Counted from the stretch's first letter, positions 50,315 to 61,666 are shown. The stretch: 64,000 nt of DNA from Angustibacter luteus (GCF_039541115.1 NZ_BAABFP010000004.1:310001-374000); one strand, 5' to 3'. A program made the numbers and translations. The notes: a model not told the origin generated them from the sequence alone.

Positions 50315-51972
50315 CGCAGTCCCTCCGCGAGAGGTCCCAGCGCGAGCGCGGGGAAGAAAGTGAGACCGGCGACGACGATGACGACGCCGGCGAGCATGGT
50401 GACGAACAGGGGACGGTGGGTCGGCAGGGTGCCGGCCGTCTCCGGGACCGGGTGCTGGGCGGCCAGCGAACCGGCCAGCGCGAGGACGAGCAGCATCGGC
50501 AGGAAGCGGACGACGAGCATGACCACCCCGAGCGCGACGTTGTAGAACGGCGTGTTCGCGCCCAGCCCGGCGAACGCCGAGCCGTTGTTGTTCCCCGCCG
50601 ACAGGAACGCGTAGAGCACCTCGGACAGCCCGTGTGGGCCCGGGTTGAGGATCGAGTCCCGCCCCGCGGGCAACGCCATCGCGAGCCCGGCGCCGGCCAG
50701 CACGACCACCGGCATCACCAGGATGTACAGCGACACCAGCTTGATCTCGCGCGCGGTGATCTTCTTGCGCAGGTACTCCGGGGTGCGGCCCACCATCAGC
50801 CCGGCGACGAACACCGTGACGATCGCGAGGACGAGCATCCCGTAGAGCCCGGAACCCGTGCCGCCGGGCGAGACCTCTCCCAGCCCCATGCCGACCATCG
50901 CCAGCCCGCCGCCCAGCGCGGTGAAGCTGGAGTGGAACGAGTTCACCGCGCCCGTCGACGTCCCGGTCGTCGACGTCGCGAACAGCGCGGACGCGGCCTC
51001 GCCGAAGCGGGTCTCCTTGCCCTCCATCGACGCGCCGGCCAGCCGCAGCGCCGTGCCCGGGTGCGCGGCCTCCAGCGCCCACATCGCGGTGAGCACCAGT
51101 CCCCACAGGGCGGTCATCGCGGACAGCACCGCGTAGCCCTGCCGCCGGTCGTCCAGCATCCGGCCGAGCGTGTACGTCAGGCAGACCGGGATCAGCAGCA
51201 GCAGGAAGATCTCAAGCAGGTTGCTGAGCGCGTTGGGGTTCTCGAAGGGGTGCGCCGAGTTGGCGTTGAAGAAGCCACCGCCGTTGGTGCCGAGCTCCTT
51301 GATCGCCTCCTGCGACGCGACCGGCCCGCCCGGGAGGGTCTGGGTCGCGCCGCCCAGGGTGCGGGCCGCCGTCCCGCTCGACAGGTTCTGCACCGCGCCG
51401 AGCCCGATCAGCGCGAGCGCGGACAGCACGGACAGCGGCAGCAGGATGCGCAGGCAACCGCGCACCAGGTCGACCCAGAAGTTGCCGAGCCGGTCGGTGC
51501 GCGAGCGCACGAAGCCGCGGATCAACGCCACGGCGACGGCCATGCCGACCGCGGCGGACACGAAGTTCTGGACGGCGAGCCCGCCCATCTGGGTCAGGTG
51601 CCCCATCGCGGACTCACCCGAGTAGGACTGCCAGTTCGTGTTGGTCACGAACGAGGCCGCGGTGTTGAACGCCTGCTCCGGCGGGATACCGGGGAAGCCC
51701 AGGCTGAGCGGCAGGTGCGGCTGGAGGCGTTGCAGCGCATAGAGTCCGACGACGGAGACGGCCGAGAAGGCCAGCAGCGAGCGTGCGTACACGGGCCACC
51801 GCTGGTCGGCGGCGGAGTCGACGCCCATCACGCGGTAGAGCCCGCGTTCGACCCGCAGGTCGCGCTCGCTCGTGTAGACCCGGGCCATGTAGGCGCCGAG
51901 CGGTCGGTAGCAGACGGCGAGGGCCGCCAGCAGCAGTCCGAGCTGCAGCAGCCCGGCGGTGAGGTCGTTCAT
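50311..51972 (-). CDS. kdpA: K+-transporting ATPase subunit A
   Basis: [38 protein letters not shown]. Confidence 0.98.
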   Translation of the reverse strand: MNDLTAGLLQLGLLLAALAVCYRPLGAYMARVYTSERDLRVERGLYRVMGVDSAADQRWPVYARSLLAFSAVSVVGLYALQRLQPHLPLSLGFPGIPPEQAFNTAASFVTNTNWQSYSGESAMGHLTQMGGLAVQNFVSAAVGMAVAVALIRGFVRSRTDRLGNFWVDLVRGCLRILLPLSVLSALALIGLGAVQNLSSGTAARTLGGATQTLPGGPVASQEAIKELGTNGGGFFNANSAHPFENPNALSNLLEIFLLLLIPVCLTYTLGRMLDDRRQGYAVLSAMTALWGLVLTAMWALEAAHPGTALRLAGASMEGKETRFGEAASALFATSTTGTSTGAVNSFHSSFTALGGGLAMVGMGLGEVSPGGTGSGLYGMLVLAIVTVFVAGLMVGRTPEYLRKKITAREIKLVSLYILVMPVVVLAGAGLAMALPAGRDSILNPGPHGLSEVLYAFLSAGNNNGSAFAGLGANTPFYNVALGVVMLVVRFLPMLLVLALAGSLAAQHPVPETAGTLPTHRPLFVTMLAGVVIVVAGLTFFPALALGPLAEGLR

Positions 51973-51974
51973 GG

Positions 51975-52064
51975 TCAGAAGCGCTCCGGGAAGATCAGGG
52001 CGGCCAGCAGGTAGCCGACCAGCAGCACGGCCGCGGCGAGGCCGACGGCGTTCTCGACGCTCAC
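51975..52064 (-). CDS. kdpF: KdpF subunit, 29 aa ([29 protein letters not shown]); not in the ORF track
   Basis: Manual translation; YL..AL..PERF signature; immediately upstream of kdpA. Confidence 0.93.
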   Translation of the reverse strand: MSVENAVGLAAAVLLVGYLLAALIFPERF

Positions 52065-52144
52065 AGCCGCTCGACCCCCTTGAGGGCCAGCGCGCTGAGC
52101 GCGAAGAAGGTCACGACGACGAGAAGCATCAGCAGATCGGTCAC
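52061..52144 (-). CDS. 27-aa single-TM peptide upstream of kdpF ([27 protein letters not shown]); not in the ORF track
   Basis: Manual translation; GTGA overlap with kdpF; hydrophobic. Confidence 0.75.
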   Translation of the reverse strand: MTDLLMLLVVVTFFALSALALKGVERL

Positions 52145-52182
52145 GGCGTCAGTCTCGGCACCGGATCGGCCCGGTCGCGCCG

Positions 52183-52304
52183 TCCTCACGGGTTCCTAAC
52201 GGGTGCGCCGGTGTTCCATGCGCCGTCCATGCACGGGGTTCGGCGGCCGCGGTGTTGGGACGGCGTGAGGATCCGGTGCTGCGGTGTCAGGAAGGCGCAA
52301 GGGC
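52183..52304. promoter_or_regulatory. four pairs of 11-bp-period direct repeats, putative KdpE boxes
   Basis: For example TCCTCACGGGT-TCCTAACGGGT (52183-52204), with related pairs on both strands. Confidence 0.5.
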
Positions 52305-52342
52305 CGGGGTCGATCGGGCTGCGGCGGGCGCACGATCAGGGC

Positions 52343-52762
52343 ATGACCTGGACCGAGCTTCGACGAGGGTGGGACGGTGCGGCACCCGCGGTGCTGCTGG
52401 CGGCCGGGCTGCTCCTCGCGCCCGCGCTGCACGGTCAGGGCATCGGCGTCGCGACCGGTGTGGTCGGTGCCCTGTCGCTCGCCTGCTGCGTCGGTGTGCG
52501 GCTGCCCACGGCGGTGCTGGTCGCCGTCCTCGGCTGGCTGCTGGTCACCGGCTTCGACGGGCACCGCTGGGGTCAGCTCACCCCGGTGACCGGAACCGAC
52601 GTCGTCCGGCTGCTCGCGCTCACCGGGGGCTCGGTCGGCGCCGCCCTCGCGTCACGGCTGGTGCGACGTCACCGGGGGACCGCGTCCTGGACCAGCGCGA
52701 CGGTCGACGTCGACCGGGCGCCGAGGCGGGCGATCAACCACGGTGCGACATCGGTCCGGTAG
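52343..52762 (+). CDS. small membrane protein divergent from kdp (possibly DUF4118-like)
   Basis: About 4 hydrophobic segments; GWLLVTGF...GQL. Confidence 0.6.
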   Translation: MTWTELRRGWDGAAPAVLLAAGLLLAPALHGQGIGVATGVVGALSLACCVGVRLPTAVLVAVLGWLLVTGFDGHRWGQLTPVTGTDVVRLLALTGGSVGAALASRLVRRHRGTASWTSATVDVDRAPRRAINHGATSVR

Positions 52763-52928
52763 TCGTAGACGGAGGCCACCACCGGGTCGCTGACGCCCGT
52801 CCCCGACTCGCTCTGCGGGACGTCCGACCACGCTGGCCAGGGGCGCTGCCGTCCCAGTCCGTCCGGGTCCGCGCACGCGCACGGGCCAGCACACCCTAAC
52901 CGCGGGGGGCACGACTTGGGCGGGAATG

Positions 52929-53846
52929 TCAGAGGTTGTGCCCGGTGCGCGCGGGCGGGCGCCAGCCGAGGATCGACTCGGTCATCCGGGCCGCGTGCAC
53001 CGCGCCGGCGACGTCGTGCACGCGCAGGATCCGCGCGCCCTGCAGGATGCAGAACACGTGGGTGGCCGTGGTCCCGGCCAGGAGGCGCTCCTTGGGCAGG
53101 TCGAGGGTCTCCTGGATGAAGTCCTTGTTGGAGACCGCCGCCAGCAACGGGTAGCCCAGCGTGGCCAGCTCGCCGAGCCGCCGGGTGATCTCGAGCGAGT
53201 GGAAGGTGTTCTTGTTCAGGTCGTGCCCGGGGTCGACGACGATCCGCTCGGGTGCGAGCCCCTGCGCCAGGGCGAGCTGCACCCGGTCGGCGAGGACGCC
53301 GCGCACCTCGGTGACGACGTCCTCGTACTGCGGGCTGGGCAGCTTCGTCAGCGGCGCCGCCTTGCTGTGGCACACGATCAGCGTGCCGCCCTGCTCCTGC
53401 GCCAGCCGCGCCATCGTCGGGTCGTGCAGGCCGGAGGTGTCGTTGATCGCGTCCGCTCCGGCGCGGAGTGCCTCGCGCGCCACCGCGGCCCGGAACGTGT
53501 CGACCGAGATGACCGCGTCGGTGACGCCGCGGGTCGCCTCGACCAGCGGGACGACGCGCTCGACCTCCTCCTGCTCGCTGACCGGCCCGGCGATGGGGGA
53601 GAACGGCACCCCGCCGATGTCGACCCAGTCCGCGCCCTGCTCGACCGCTTCCTCGACGCGCCGAAGCGCCGGCCCGAAGTCGAAGGTGGACCCGTTGTCG
53701 TAGAAGGAGTCCCGGGTCCGGTTGACGATCGCCATGATCGCGACCTGGCGGCTGAAGTCGAAGGTGCGGGCGCCGATCGTGCGGACCGGCCCGGACGGCC
53801 CCAGGTCGGGGACGACGAGGGTCAGGTCCGGCGTGGGGGTGCTCAC
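52929..53846 (-). CDS. folP: dihydropteroate synthase-like protein, FolP2 type
   Basis: MAIVNRTRDSFYD, DIGG, SVDTFR, INDTSG, DPGHD, SNKDF, RVHDV. Confidence 0.85.
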   Translation of the reverse strand: MSTPTPDLTLVVPDLGPSGPVRTIGARTFDFSRQVAIMAIVNRTRDSFYDNGSTFDFGPALRRVEEAVEQGADWVDIGGVPFSPIAGPVSEQEEVERVVPLVEATRGVTDAVISVDTFRAAVAREALRAGADAINDTSGLHDPTMARLAQEQGGTLIVCHSKAAPLTKLPSPQYEDVVTEVRGVLADRVQLALAQGLAPERIVVDPGHDLNKNTFHSLEITRRLGELATLGYPLLAAVSNKDFIQETLDLPKERLLAGTTATHVFCILQGARILRVHDVAGAVHAARMTESILGWRPPARTGHNL

Positions 53847-53860
53847 CGCGTCATTCTGGC

Positions 53861-54991
53861 TCAGGCGTCGTAGTCGACGACGAGCCGGTCGGATGTCGGG
53901 ACGGACTGGCAGGCCAGCGCGAAGCCGTCGGCGATCTCGTCGGGCTCGAGCGCGAAGTTGCGGCTCATCTCGACGTCGCCCTCGACGACCTTGATCCGGC
54001 ACGTGCCGCAGACGCCGCCCTTGCAGGCGAACGGGGCGTCGGCGCGGACCGCAAGGGTCGCATCGAGCACCGAGCCCTCGTCCGGCATCGAGAAGGTGGT
54101 GGTGCGGCCGTCCAGGCGGACCGTCACCTGGCAACCGGCGTCCGTGCCCTCGGTGCGCGGTCGGGCCAGCCGCGGGGACTCGCCGTCCACGTGGAACAGC
54201 TCGAGGTGGATCGCCGCGTTCTCGACCCCGCGGTCGACCAGGGCGGCCCGGACCTGCTGCACCAGCTCGAACGGCCCGCACAGCAACCAGTCGTCGATGA
54301 CCTCGGGCGGCACGACGGAGGTGAGCAGCACGTCCAGCTTGGCGTCGTCGATCCGGCCGGTGAGCAGCTCGGCGTCCTGCGGCTCGCGGGAGAGGACGTG
54401 CACGAACTGCAGCCGGTCCGGGTAGCGGTCCTTCAGGTCGGCGAGCTCCTCGACGAACATCACGGACCCGCTGTCCCGGTTGCCGTAGACGAGGGTGAAC
54501 GTGCTCTGCGGCTCCGTCTCGAGCACGGCGGGCAGGATCGACATGACGGGCGTGATCCCGCTACCGGCGACGATCGCCGCGTACGCCTTGCGCTGCGTCG
54601 GGTCGAGCGGGACGCCGAACCGACCCGCGGGGGTCATCACGTCCAGGACGTCACCGACCGACAGGCCGGTGCGCGCGTGGCTGGAGAACGCCCCACCCTC
54701 CAACGACTTCACAGCCACCTGCAGCAGCCCGGACGACGGCGCCGCGCAGATCGAGTAGCTGCGCCGCACCTCCTCGCCGTCGATGGTGGTGCGCAGGGTC
54801 AGGTGCTGGCCCGGGGTGAACCGGTACGCCTCGCGCAGCGCGTCCGGGACGTCGAACGTCAACGTCACGGACGAGTTCGTCAGCTGGCCGATCCCCTTGA
54901 GCCGCAACGGGTTGAAGGACGCGTGGGTGCGCGCCGACACCTGCGGCGCAGTGCTGGTGGTGCCGAAGCCCGGCGCGGACTCGCTGGTCAT
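53861..54991 (-). CDS. paaE: phenylacetyl-CoA epoxidase reductase subunit
   Basis: PGQHLT, RRSYSIC, AGSGITP, CGP, CKGGVCGTC...C 2Fe-2S. Confidence 0.93.
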   Translation of the reverse strand: MTSESAPGFGTTSTAPQVSARTHASFNPLRLKGIGQLTNSSVTLTFDVPDALREAYRFTPGQHLTLRTTIDGEEVRRSYSICAAPSSGLLQVAVKSLEGGAFSSHARTGLSVGDVLDVMTPAGRFGVPLDPTQRKAYAAIVAGSGITPVMSILPAVLETEPQSTFTLVYGNRDSGSVMFVEELADLKDRYPDRLQFVHVLSREPQDAELLTGRIDDAKLDVLLTSVVPPEVIDDWLLCGPFELVQQVRAALVDRGVENAAIHLELFHVDGESPRLARPRTEGTDAGCQVTVRLDGRTTTFSMPDEGSVLDATLAVRADAPFACKGGVCGTCRIKVVEGDVEMSRNFALEPDEIADGFALACQSVPTSDRLVVDYDA

Positions 54992-55518
54992 CAGATCGCC
55001 TTGAAGTGGTCGAACGGCTCGCGGCAGGACTCGCACCGCCACAACGCCTTGCAGGACGTCGAGCCGAACCGGGTCAGCTCCGTGGTGCGCGTCGACCCGC
55101 ACTGCGGGCAGGCCACGACGTCCGGGCGCACGCCCAGGGTCAGCGCCACCGGGCCGCCGGGACGGGCGCCCGAGGTCGGGTTGGGGGGTGCGATGCCGTA
55201 CTCGCGCAGCTTGCGGCGGCCGTCCTCGCTCATCCAGTCCGTGCTCCACGCGGGGGACAGCACGGTGCGCACCCGGACCGTCGGGTGGCCGGCGTCGCGC
55301 AGCGCGGTGCAGACGTCGTCCTCGATGGTCTGCATGGCCGGGCAGCCCGAGTAGGTGGGGGTGATCGTGACGTCGACCGAGCCGTCGTCGCGGACCTGTA
55401 CCTCGCGCAGCACGCCGAGGTCCTCGATGGTGAGCACCGGGACCTCCGGGTCCAGCACCGCGGCCGCGGCGGCGTAGGCGGCGCGCTGGTCGAGGGCTGG
55501 GTCGAGCGTGCCGGTCAC
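54991..55518 (-). CDS. paaD: phenylacetyl-CoA epoxidase subunit D
   Basis: DPEVPVLTI, TPTYSGCPA, CPQC, FGSTSCKALWRC..C.EPFDHFK. Confidence 0.95.
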   Translation of the reverse strand: MTGTLDPALDQRAAYAAAAAVLDPEVPVLTIEDLGVLREVQVRDDGSVDVTITPTYSGCPAMQTIEDDVCTALRDAGHPTVRVRTVLSPAWSTDWMSEDGRRKLREYGIAPPNPTSGARPGGPVALTLGVRPDVVACPQCGSTRTTELTRFGSTSCKALWRCESCREPFDHFKAI

Positions 55519-56279
55519 CACGTCGCCCCCGGGTGCGCGCGGTGCAGGCCCTGCATCTCGTCGAGCAGCTTGGTGAGGGCGGGCGTGTGCTCGCCGCGTC
55601 GTCCGCGAGCGGTGTCCGGCGCCTGCACGGGCTCGGTCAGGGTCGCGCGGGTCAGCACGTCCAGAACCGTTGCGTGCCAGTCGTCCTGCAGCGTCGAGGG
55701 GTCGACGGCCACGCCGGCGGCGACCAGCTCGGGATCCACCGTGGAGGGGTCGAACAGCTCGGCGACGTACGGCCAGACCAGCTCGAGGCCCGCCTGCATC
55801 CGGCGGTGGCTCTCGTCGGTGCCGTCACCGAGCCGCAGCACCCACTCCGCCGCGTGGTCGACGTGGTACGTGACCTCCTTGACGGCCTTGGCCGCAACGC
55901 CCGCGATCGTCTCGTCGGCGCTGCCGGCCAGGCCGGTGTACAGCCCGAGCTGGTACGTGGAGAAGGCGAGCAGCCGAGCCATCGTGACGGCGAAGTCGCC
56001 GTTGTCGAGCTCGACGAGCCGGACGTTGCGGAACTCGTCGGCGTCGCGCCGGTAGGCCAGCTCGTCCTCACCGCGGCCCTCGCCCTCGAGCGAGCCCGCG
56101 TGCTCGAGGAGCGCCCGGCCCTGGCCGAGCAGGTCGAGCCCGATGTTGGCGAGGGCGACGTCCTCCTCGAGCTGTGGGGCGCGGGTGATCCACTGCCCGC
56201 AGCGCTGGGCCAGGACCAGGGCGTCGTCCCCCAGCGCCAGGGCGTAGCGGGCGACGTCGGCGTCGGTCGGCACGCTCAC
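55515..56279 (-). CDS. paaC: phenylacetyl-CoA epoxidase subunit C
   Basis: GDDALVLAQR, LEEDVALANIGLDLLGQ, KEVTYH, HPGATW. Confidence 0.95.
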   Translation of the reverse strand: MSVPTDADVARYALALGDDALVLAQRCGQWITRAPQLEEDVALANIGLDLLGQGRALLEHAGSLEGEGRGEDELAYRRDADEFRNVRLVELDNGDFAVTMARLLAFSTYQLGLYTGLAGSADETIAGVAAKAVKEVTYHVDHAAEWVLRLGDGTDESHRRMQAGLELVWPYVAELFDPSTVDPELVAAGVAVDPSTLQDDWHATVLDVLTRATLTEPVQAPDTARGRRGEHTPALTKLLDEMQGLHRAHPGATW

Positions 56280-56562
56280 AGGTGCTGCACCTCGTCCGGG
56301 ATGTCGTAGAACGTGGGGTGCCGGTAGACCTTGTCGGCGGCCGGGTCGAAGAAGGAGTCCTTCTCGTCCGGGCTGCTCGCGGTGATCGCCGTGCTCGGCA
56401 CGACCCAGATGCTGACGCCCTCACCCCGGCGGGTGTAGAGGTCACGGGCGTTGCGCAGGGCCATCTCGGCGTCCGGTGCGTGCAGCGACCCGACGTGCCC
56501 GTGCGAGAGCCCACGACGAGCCCGGACGAAGACCTCCCAGAGCGGCCACTCGCGACGGTCGC

Positions 56563-56566
<4 letters not shown>
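56276..56566 (-). CDS. paaB: phenylacetyl-CoA epoxidase subunit B
   Basis: [31 protein letters not shown]. Confidence 0.97.
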
Positions 56567-57510
<944 letters not shown>

Positions 57511-57528
57511 CGTTGACTGCTCCCTCGA

Positions 57529-57548
57529 AACCGACCGATCGGTCGGTT
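57529..57548. promoter_or_regulatory. perfect 20-bp palindrome, PaaR-type operator
   Basis: AACCGACCGATCGGTCGGTT, 18 bp upstream of paaA; contains ACCGA-N4-TCGGT. Confidence 0.8.
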
Positions 57549-57593
57549 CCAAGTATGCCCGGCCCGCCCCACCCCCGCAACCACGCGCGCCCA

Positions 57594-57664
57594 CCCCCGC
57601 ACCATTCGCGCTACACGTGCCTATGGGGCCCTGAAAACCACGTCGAGCGCGAATGGTGCGGGGG
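57594..57664. repeat. long inverted repeat in a divergent intergenic region
   Basis: Perfect 19-bp arms CCCCCGCACCATTCGCGCT / AGCGCGAATGGTGCGGGGG. Confidence 0.75.
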
Positions 57665-57707
57665 AGGCCGGCGATGAGTTGGTGGGGCGGGGGCCGTCTA
57701 CCGGGGC

Positions 57708-58463
57708 ATGACCGACAACGGAGCGCCTTGCTGGATGGACCTGCGATCTTCTGACACCGACCGGGCCCGGGAGTTCTACGGCCAGCTCTTCGGCTGGACG
57801 GCCCACACGACCGGACCCGAGTTCAACGACTACGTGAACTTCACGCTGGACGGCGACCTGGTCGCCGGCCTGGTCGCGAACGACCCCGCGAACGACCAGC
57901 CCGACGCCTGGACGACGTACCTGACCGCCTCGCACGCCGGCGCCACCGCGCGGGCGATCGTCGCGGCGGGAGGGCAGGTGCCTTTCGGTCCGCACCCGGT
58001 GGGGGAGATCGGCGTGCTGGCGGCAGCGATCGACGTCGCGGGCGCGCCGTTCGGGCTGTGGCAGGACGTCACCGGCAGCCGCGCGTGGGCCCAGGTGCGG
58101 CCCGGAGCGGCGAGCTACCACGAGCTGCACACCAACCGGTACGACGAGGTCGTCGCCTTCTACGCCTCGGTGTTCGGTCGCGAACCCAAGACGGTCGGCG
58201 ACACCGACGAGTTCCGCTACACCCAGCTGCTGGCGGACGACGGCACCCCGGTCGCGGGGATCATGGACTTCTCGTCGTGGTCGCCCGACCTGGCCGAGTG
58301 GTTCTGCTACTTCGGCAGCGCGGACGTCGACGCCACCGTCGAGCGGGTCGAGGAGCTCGGCGGCGCGGTGCTCGAGCCGGCGCAGGACACCCCGTACGGC
58401 CGGTTGGCCAAGGTCGCCGACCCGACCGGCGCGGTCTTCAAGCTCACCTCGCTACCCGGGTGA
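57708..58463 (+). CDS. two-domain VOC/glyoxalase protein (Cfp32-like)
   Basis: [31 protein letters not shown]. Confidence 0.9.
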   Translation: MTDNGAPCWMDLRSSDTDRAREFYGQLFGWTAHTTGPEFNDYVNFTLDGDLVAGLVANDPANDQPDAWTTYLTASHAGATARAIVAAGGQVPFGPHPVGEIGVLAAAIDVAGAPFGLWQDVTGSRAWAQVRPGAASYHELHTNRYDEVVAFYASVFGREPKTVGDTDEFRYTQLLADDGTPVAGIMDFSSWSPDLAEWFCYFGSADVDATVERVEELGGAVLEPAQDTPYGRLAKVADPTGAVFKLTSLPG

Positions 58464-59036
58464 GCGCAGGCCGTCGAACGCCTGGAACACCACGGCGTCA
58501 GCGAGAGCCGATGCGTCCAGCGCCGAGGACGCCTTCGGGTCGTACCACTCGACCAGCGAGTTGACCATGCCGAACAGCAGCCGCGAGACCAGCCCGGGGT
58601 CGACGTCCGCGCGCACGTCGCCCTCGACCGCCGCCTGGGCGACGAGGGCGGCGACGACGTGGTCGAACTCGCGCCGCCGGTCCAGCGCCCAGCGTTCGGT
58701 CTCGGAGTTCCCGCGCACCCGCAGCAGCAGCGTGACGTAGGGCAGCCGGTCCACGAGCACCTCGACCTCGCGCCGCACCACGTGCTCGAGCCGGTCGATC
58801 GCCCGCCCCGCAACGGACTCCGGCTCCTCGATGACCGCGAACAGCGGCTCGACGGCCCGGTCCAGCGCGAGCCGCAGCAGCTGCTCCTTGGACTCCACGT
58901 GGTGGTACAGCGAGGACTTCGACAGCCCGGCAGCCGCGGCCAGGTCGCCCATGCTGGTGCCGTCGAAGCCGCGCTCGGTGTAGACGCGGACGGCGACCTC
59001 GAGCAGCGACTCGAGGTCGTGGCGGCGCCGGGTCAC
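58452..59036 (-). CDS. TetR-family regulator, probable PaaR
   Basis: RGFDGTSMGDLAAAAGLSKSSLYHH..SKE HTH; LPYVTLLLRVRGN; near the paa operon. Confidence 0.85.
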   Translation of the reverse strand: MTRRRHDLESLLEVAVRVYTERGFDGTSMGDLAAAAGLSKSSLYHHVESKEQLLRLALDRAVEPLFAVIEEPESVAGRAIDRLEHVVRREVEVLVDRLPYVTLLLRVRGNSETERWALDRRREFDHVVAALVAQAAVEGDVRADVDPGLVSRLLFGMVNSLVEWYDPKASSALDASALADAVVFQAFDGLRSPG

Positions 59037-59040
59037 CGGC

Positions 59041-60045
59041 TCACCCCGGGTAGAGGCCGCGAGCACGGGCGGCGACCCGGGTGAGGCCGAGCAGGGCGTC
59101 CGTGGAGGGCGTGGGGACGTCGACGGCCTGGCCGAGCTCGCGGACCGCGCTCACCAGGGCGTCCAGCTCGATGGACCGGCCGGCCTCGGCGTCCTGCAGC
59201 ATCGACGTGCGCATCGGCCCCATCGAGCGGGTGATCTCGAGCCGCTGGTCGACGTCCTGCTCGACCGGGGTGCCGATCCGCGCGCCGATCTCGCGGGCCT
59301 CCAGCATCACCGCGCGCAGGAAGCCGACCACCAGCTCGTCCGCGACGATCTTGTCCATCGTGGTACCGGTCAGCACCGAGATCGGGTTCATCGTCATGTT
59401 GCCCCAGAGCTTGAACCAGACGTCGGTCTGGATGCGGTCCGAGGTGGTGATGTCGAAGCCGGCGGCCGTCAGCAGGCCGGCGACGTGGTCGAGCCGCTCG
59501 GTCCGCGCGCCGGACGGTTCACCCAGGATGAGCGAGTGCTTGGTGCCGTGCACGGTGACCCCGGGCGCGGACGTGCTCGCGCTGAGGTGCACGACGCAGC
59601 CCACCACGGACGTCGCGGGCAGCGAGGCTGCGATCGCGCCGTCCGGGTCGACACTGGTCAGCCGGCGGCCGTCCACCGGGCCACCCAGGCCCTCGCAGAA
59701 CCACCACGGCACCCCGTTCATCGCGGGCAGCACGACGGTGTGCGGGCCGATCAGCCCGGACAGCCGCGGCGCCAGCTCGGTGAGCGACTGCGCCTTCACG
59801 GCGAGGACGACGACGTCGGGCTGGCCGAGGTCCTCGGGGTCGTTGCTCGCCACGACCGGGCCGCTGATCAGGTCGCCGCCCTCGTGCAGCTGCCACCCGT
59901 TGTCCTGCAACGCTTCCAGCGTCGCACCACGGGCCAGCGCGGACGTCGTCGTGCCGGCTGCCGCCAGGCGCGCACCGATCATGCCGCCCACCGCCCCGGC
60001 GCCGACGACGCAGACCTCGGCCGGGGCTCTCGTCGTTCCGCTCAC
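59041..60045 (-). CDS. ketopantoate reductase-family (PanE/ApbA) oxidoreductase
   Basis: VGAGAVGG, LAVKA, MNG, WFKLWGN, TSMLQD, ELDAL. Confidence 0.88.
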   Translation of the reverse strand: MSGTTRAPAEVCVVGAGAVGGMIGARLAAAGTTTSALARGATLEALQDNGWQLHEGGDLISGPVVASNDPEDLGQPDVVVLAVKAQSLTELAPRLSGLIGPHTVVLPAMNGVPWWFCEGLGGPVDGRRLTSVDPDGAIAASLPATSVVGCVVHLSASTSAPGVTVHGTKHSLILGEPSGARTERLDHVAGLLTAAGFDITTSDRIQTDVWFKLWGNMTMNPISVLTGTTMDKIVADELVVGFLRAVMLEAREIGARIGTPVEQDVDQRLEITRSMGPMRTSMLQDAEAGRSIELDALVSAVRELGQAVDVPTPSTDALLGLTRVAARARGLYPG

Positions 60046-60172
60046 CAGGGGAGGCTATCTCCCAGGCTCGGCTGACGCCGTCGACCGCGGGCTGCCCCGA
60101 GGATCTCGGACCGACCAGGCGTCCGACCGCACCCGGTGACCACGATCAACACGGCGCCGGCACCCTGCTGGA

Positions 60173-61666
60173 CTAGCGAGGGTGTCCGCCCGCCTCAGAG
60201 GTCTCGGATGGGTCCGTCCGGTCGATGAACCGCAGGTGCGGCGGCACGTACTGCTCGATCAGTGCCTGCGCTCGATGACCGTCCTTGAACCAGACCGGGT
60301 CGAACGGAACGTGTCCACCGTCGTACGAGAGGACGTCAAGCGACTCGCCGTCCTGCTCGTAGGCGAGGCCAACGACGTCGTCCCAGAGCACAGTGTTCGG
60401 TCCCTCGGGGTCGGTCACCGTGATGCCTCGCTCGCCGATGATCGCTCGAGTGCCGCGGGGGACGCCGAATCGGAACCCCGCCAGGTGGCTGCGGCCGAAG
60501 CTCGTGCCCTCGACCACATCAGCGCTGTCGTTGGACCGGACCGGCGGAACCACACCGGCTAGCTCCGTATCAGCGGGCATTCCCACGACGAGCGTGGTCT
60601 CAACCCGCCGCAGCACCGATCGGCAGTCCTCGGCCGTCAACGCGTCCCTCAGGGCGAGCCGTGCACTGACGTCGACGATCTGCCGGCCGCGCAGGTGTGC
60701 TGCGGCGCACTCGGAGAGCGACTCGGAGAGGCCGCGCGGATCCTGAAGGTGCTGGTGCGCAGCTTCGCGGTCTGCCGCGAGCTCCTCCGATGTTGGCCCC
60801 CGGTCGGCGAGGTCGCGCAAGATCCGGAGCAGCCCGTCGCGCACGTCGCACGCGTGCGCCGCAGGCGGGTCCGCACGAAAGCAGGCAATGGCGTCATCGG
60901 ACGGCCCGACGATCTGGAAGTCGACGTCGTACAGCCAGCCACGCTGGTGCCGGAGCTCATCCTCCGCTCGCTCGAGGGCGATGCGCAGCACCGTGAGAGC
61001 AGCCTCGCGCTCGGCTGGCTCCTGAGCCACGAGCCCGAACGAGACACTGACCTCGGGGCCCTCGCTCTCGAACGTCCAGGGTGCGGTGGCCAGCGGGACG
61101 TCGATGGGCACCGGAAGCAACCGCCCGGGCGGGAGCGCCAGGTCGAAGTCGGCGGGTGGCTCGCTCGTCAGCACGAGGACACAGTTCTGCTGGGTGAAAC
61201 CGGAGGCGGCGTAGTCGCGCACCTGCTCCGGCTCGACCTGGTCCAGGGCGGGCGGGCTCACGAGCGCCAGCCCGACGCCGCGCAGACCGTAGCGGTGAAA
61301 CAGGTGCTCGGCGATGCTCGGGTGCATCGTCGATCCACCCTCGGCCTCCAGGACCTTGACTTCGGTCTCGAGCCGCTGCAGCGGCAGGGCCATCAATGAC
61401 GCGCACACGTCCGTGACGAAGCCGAGCACCTGCTCCTTGGTGCCGGTGGCGGTGAACTCGGTCATCGTGAGATCCACCGAGGCGTTGTGCTCGAACCGAC
61501 GACGCTTCAGGCCGCCCATAGCCAGGTGTTCCACGAGATGAGTCAACCCGGCGTTGCGGAAGGTCTCGTCGCGGACGCCGACTCGAAACAGGAGGCTAGC
61601 CGTGACGGGGCCGGGGGCTTGCGCCCAGAACACCGGCACACCGCTGGGGAGCAAGGTCAGGTGCAC
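60173..61666 (-). CDS. M16 (insulinase)-like metallopeptidase
   Basis: FRVGVRDE...GLTHLVEHL (HxxEH)...HNAS. Confidence 0.72.
   Translation of the reverse strand: MHLTLLPSGVPVFWAQAPGPVTASLLFRVGVRDETFRNAGLTHLVEHLAMGGLKRRRFEHNASVDLTMTEFTATGTKEQVLGFVTDVCASLMALPLQRLETEVKVLEAEGGSTMHPSIAEHLFHRYGLRGVGLALVSPPALDQVEPEQVRDYAASGFTQQNCVLVLTSEPPADFDLALPPGRLLPVPIDVPLATAPWTFESEGPEVSVSFGLVAQEPAEREAALTVLRIALERAEDELRHQRGWLYDVDFQIVGPSDDAIACFRADPPAAHACDVRDGLLRILRDLADRGPTSEELAADREAAHQHLQDPRGLSESLSECAAAHLRGRQIVDVSARLALRDALTAEDCRSVLRRVETTLVVGMPADTELAGVVPPVRSNDSADVVEGTSFGRSHLAGFRFGVPRGTRAIIGERGITVTDPEGPNTVLWDDVVGLAYEQDGESLDVLSYDGGHVPFDPVWFKDGHRAQALIEQYVPPHLRFIDRTDPSETSEAGGHPR

Noticed and set aside
52669..52912. Possible minus-strand gene remnant (...VSDPVVASVYDYRTDVAPWLIARL...)
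   Set aside because: No convincing start or recognisable family; partly overlaps the plus-strand membrane gene with shared third positions
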